From NCBI GenBank assembly GCA_051362555.1, contig CM120646.1, positions 4,154,001-4,218,000 of the forward strand: a DNA stretch of 64,000 bases, written 5' to 3'. Below the pieces are notes generated by a model. It ran no database searches, was not told the DNA's origin, and saw nothing but the letters and a program-made list of their open reading frames with translations. Position numbers and translations under genes: made by a program. This DNA comes from Lingula anatina. Taxonomy: Eukaryota; Animalia; Brachiopoda. Shown piece after piece: positions 62,096 through 64,000 of this stretch (the first letter of the stretch is position 1; every line of letters begins with the position of its first letter).

Positions 62096-64000
62096 TTAAG
62101 TAGAATGTACAGGAAAGTTGGTGATGATACAAATAAGTTGGAAACAAGAGGAAGTATGGCATTCAATTTAACTAACTGCACTCAGCAAGAGTCCCCGCAG
62201 AGTTGGGTACGACCCACGTAGACCAATGTCTATGGGGTATTAGGCTGTGATACCGTGGCTAGTTTCCGCACCAACACAATGATTTCCCAGTTAACCAATG
62301 CAATTTAATTCACACTTGAAAATGCTGATAGGATATGGAAGCTACCACTGAGCGTCAGAGAATACAGCCGACATGAACAGTTCATTAATTAAGCTATGAA
62401 ACCTGACACTTGCAGCATTTTATTCAACTGCACAATGGGAGGAAAATGCACTGTGGCCGAATAAAGAGGGCTGTACATAGCCTACAAATTAATTCAAGAA
62501 TACTAAGTTATACTGCATTTTACCATTGGCAATTTGGTAAAGTGGACAAAAATGGAAGCAAGAATGAAAATTGTCCTGAGCCATACCCTAAGTTTGCAAG
62601 ACACGTAATCAAATATATAGAAGTGTTCTTATTTTCTAAGGAGTTCTGAGTTCTCAATATCTTCAAAAGTTTCTCTTATCTATGCAGTCCATGTCTTGTA
62701 ATAATAAGCTCTACAAAATAAGGCTATAATTTAGCTACCAAAAGTAAGGGCCTATACCAATACAACAGCTTGGCCTATTTCTACTATAATTAACTTAAAT
62801 ATTAGGTGCCTACTGACGGTAAGAATAGTTTCACACCGGACGCACCGGCGTGGTCATTTAATTGACCAGTACCATTAGTTCCTAAAGCATGGCTGTATCA
62901 CTGTAATAGAAGCATAATTATGGTGTAGGTAAGTGACTTCAAAGATCTTCTAGACAAAGTTGTAGAATGAGAGGCTGGGTAATTCAGGTAGTGTAACTCT
63001 AGAGAAAAAATATATAAAGATATGGGGGAGAGGATGAACATGTGTCTGTGGAGGTAAAGGTTTACAGACAGCTGGAAAAGACCAAAAATTTGGTTTTACC
63101 TCGACATTGTGCATATTTATCACATAAAAATAATCAATTTCCAGAGGGACCTACGTAACTGAGAGAAATGTCTTGCTCCCTCACAGGTTGGAGAAGAAGT
63201 AACAGACGGAAGATACATATAAAACTTGACAAACCAGTTAAAAAAATACAAAAGATTGCTCACTTCACTGGACTATGACTGGAGACACATTGCTCAAGTT
63301 AAATGATGTCAGAAACAGCTTTGGATGCACGTGTCACCATATTAATGCAACACACAACACAAAAATACCATTCTAGTAAATACACACCAGCTTGTAGAAA
63401 AATACGACATGTGCACATGCACCTGCTTGATGACATCAAAGGAGAAAATGATGATAAACAGCAACAATTACACTCCAAAAAGCCCTAAACCTGATTTATT
63501 GAAAATTAAAATCAAAACAAGACATACATTAAACAACAGGGGAGAAAAATTCCAAACAAAGAAAAATGTCCAAAAAGAGTGCAGCACTGATGAAAACATG
63601 CAGATTGATTTGTGTATATTAATTCATGCTCACGCCATCAAGTATGTCCAGAATAAACTCCTTGTGACACAACAGTAATCACTCTTAATTTTCAAACACC
63701 TAGCTGCTTGTAATTTGCTTCTTAAACATTTTTCTTTTCTAGTCACTCACCAAAAATAAATAAATAAATAAATAAATAAATGAACAAATAAATATATTTT
63801 TTATTTTTTTAAATTAAAAAAATTCCAGGCACAAAACAAACAAGCTTTTCTAAATAAGCGTTTTTAATAAAACAAAGAAATACTTAAGGGGAGAAAATGT
63901 CTTCACTTTGCTTGAATTAACGGAGCCATCACCACAGTACAAAGCCCCTAAGGAAAGCACTGGCTGACGATGCATCTTGTGTCACTGAGCCAGAGGAGGG

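Noticed and set aside
62190-62355. Second tRNA gene (minus strand CGTGGGTCGTACCC, B-box-like)
   Set aside because: The B box is degenerate and no cloverleaf can be folded; at most a tRNA or SINE relic.

Overview
AT-rich animal genomic DNA with GT-AG introns, microsatellites and many MITEs. Gene content suggests a lophotrochozoan or mollusc-like invertebrate (inference only); nothing prokaryotic and no CRISPR array. Genes reconstructed by hand, all on the minus strand: (1) a HARBI1-like PIF/Harbinger transposase with an in-frame stop at the left edge; (2) a neuropeptide precursor (5743-6291) predicted to release a Cys-X5-Cys, RY-amide peptide resembling an NKY peptide with two aromatic residues replaced by Cys; (3) a 9-exon BCL3-like nuclear IkB gene (23608-35093, about 1747 aa) with a roughly 1200-aa low-complexity C-terminal extension, co-repressor-like motifs and three canonical kB sites in its promoter; (4) tRNA-Ala(TGC); (5) the 3' part of a type I membrane receptor (41667-52083) with a mucin stalk, two ITIM-like motifs and an apparent pair of mutually exclusive cytoplasmic exons. 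The rest is intron/intergenic DNA with palindromic MITEs, a TTA-flanked non-autonomous Harbinger-like element, a roughly 160-bp tandem array and local duplications. All exon calls are manual and need RNA-seq confirmation.
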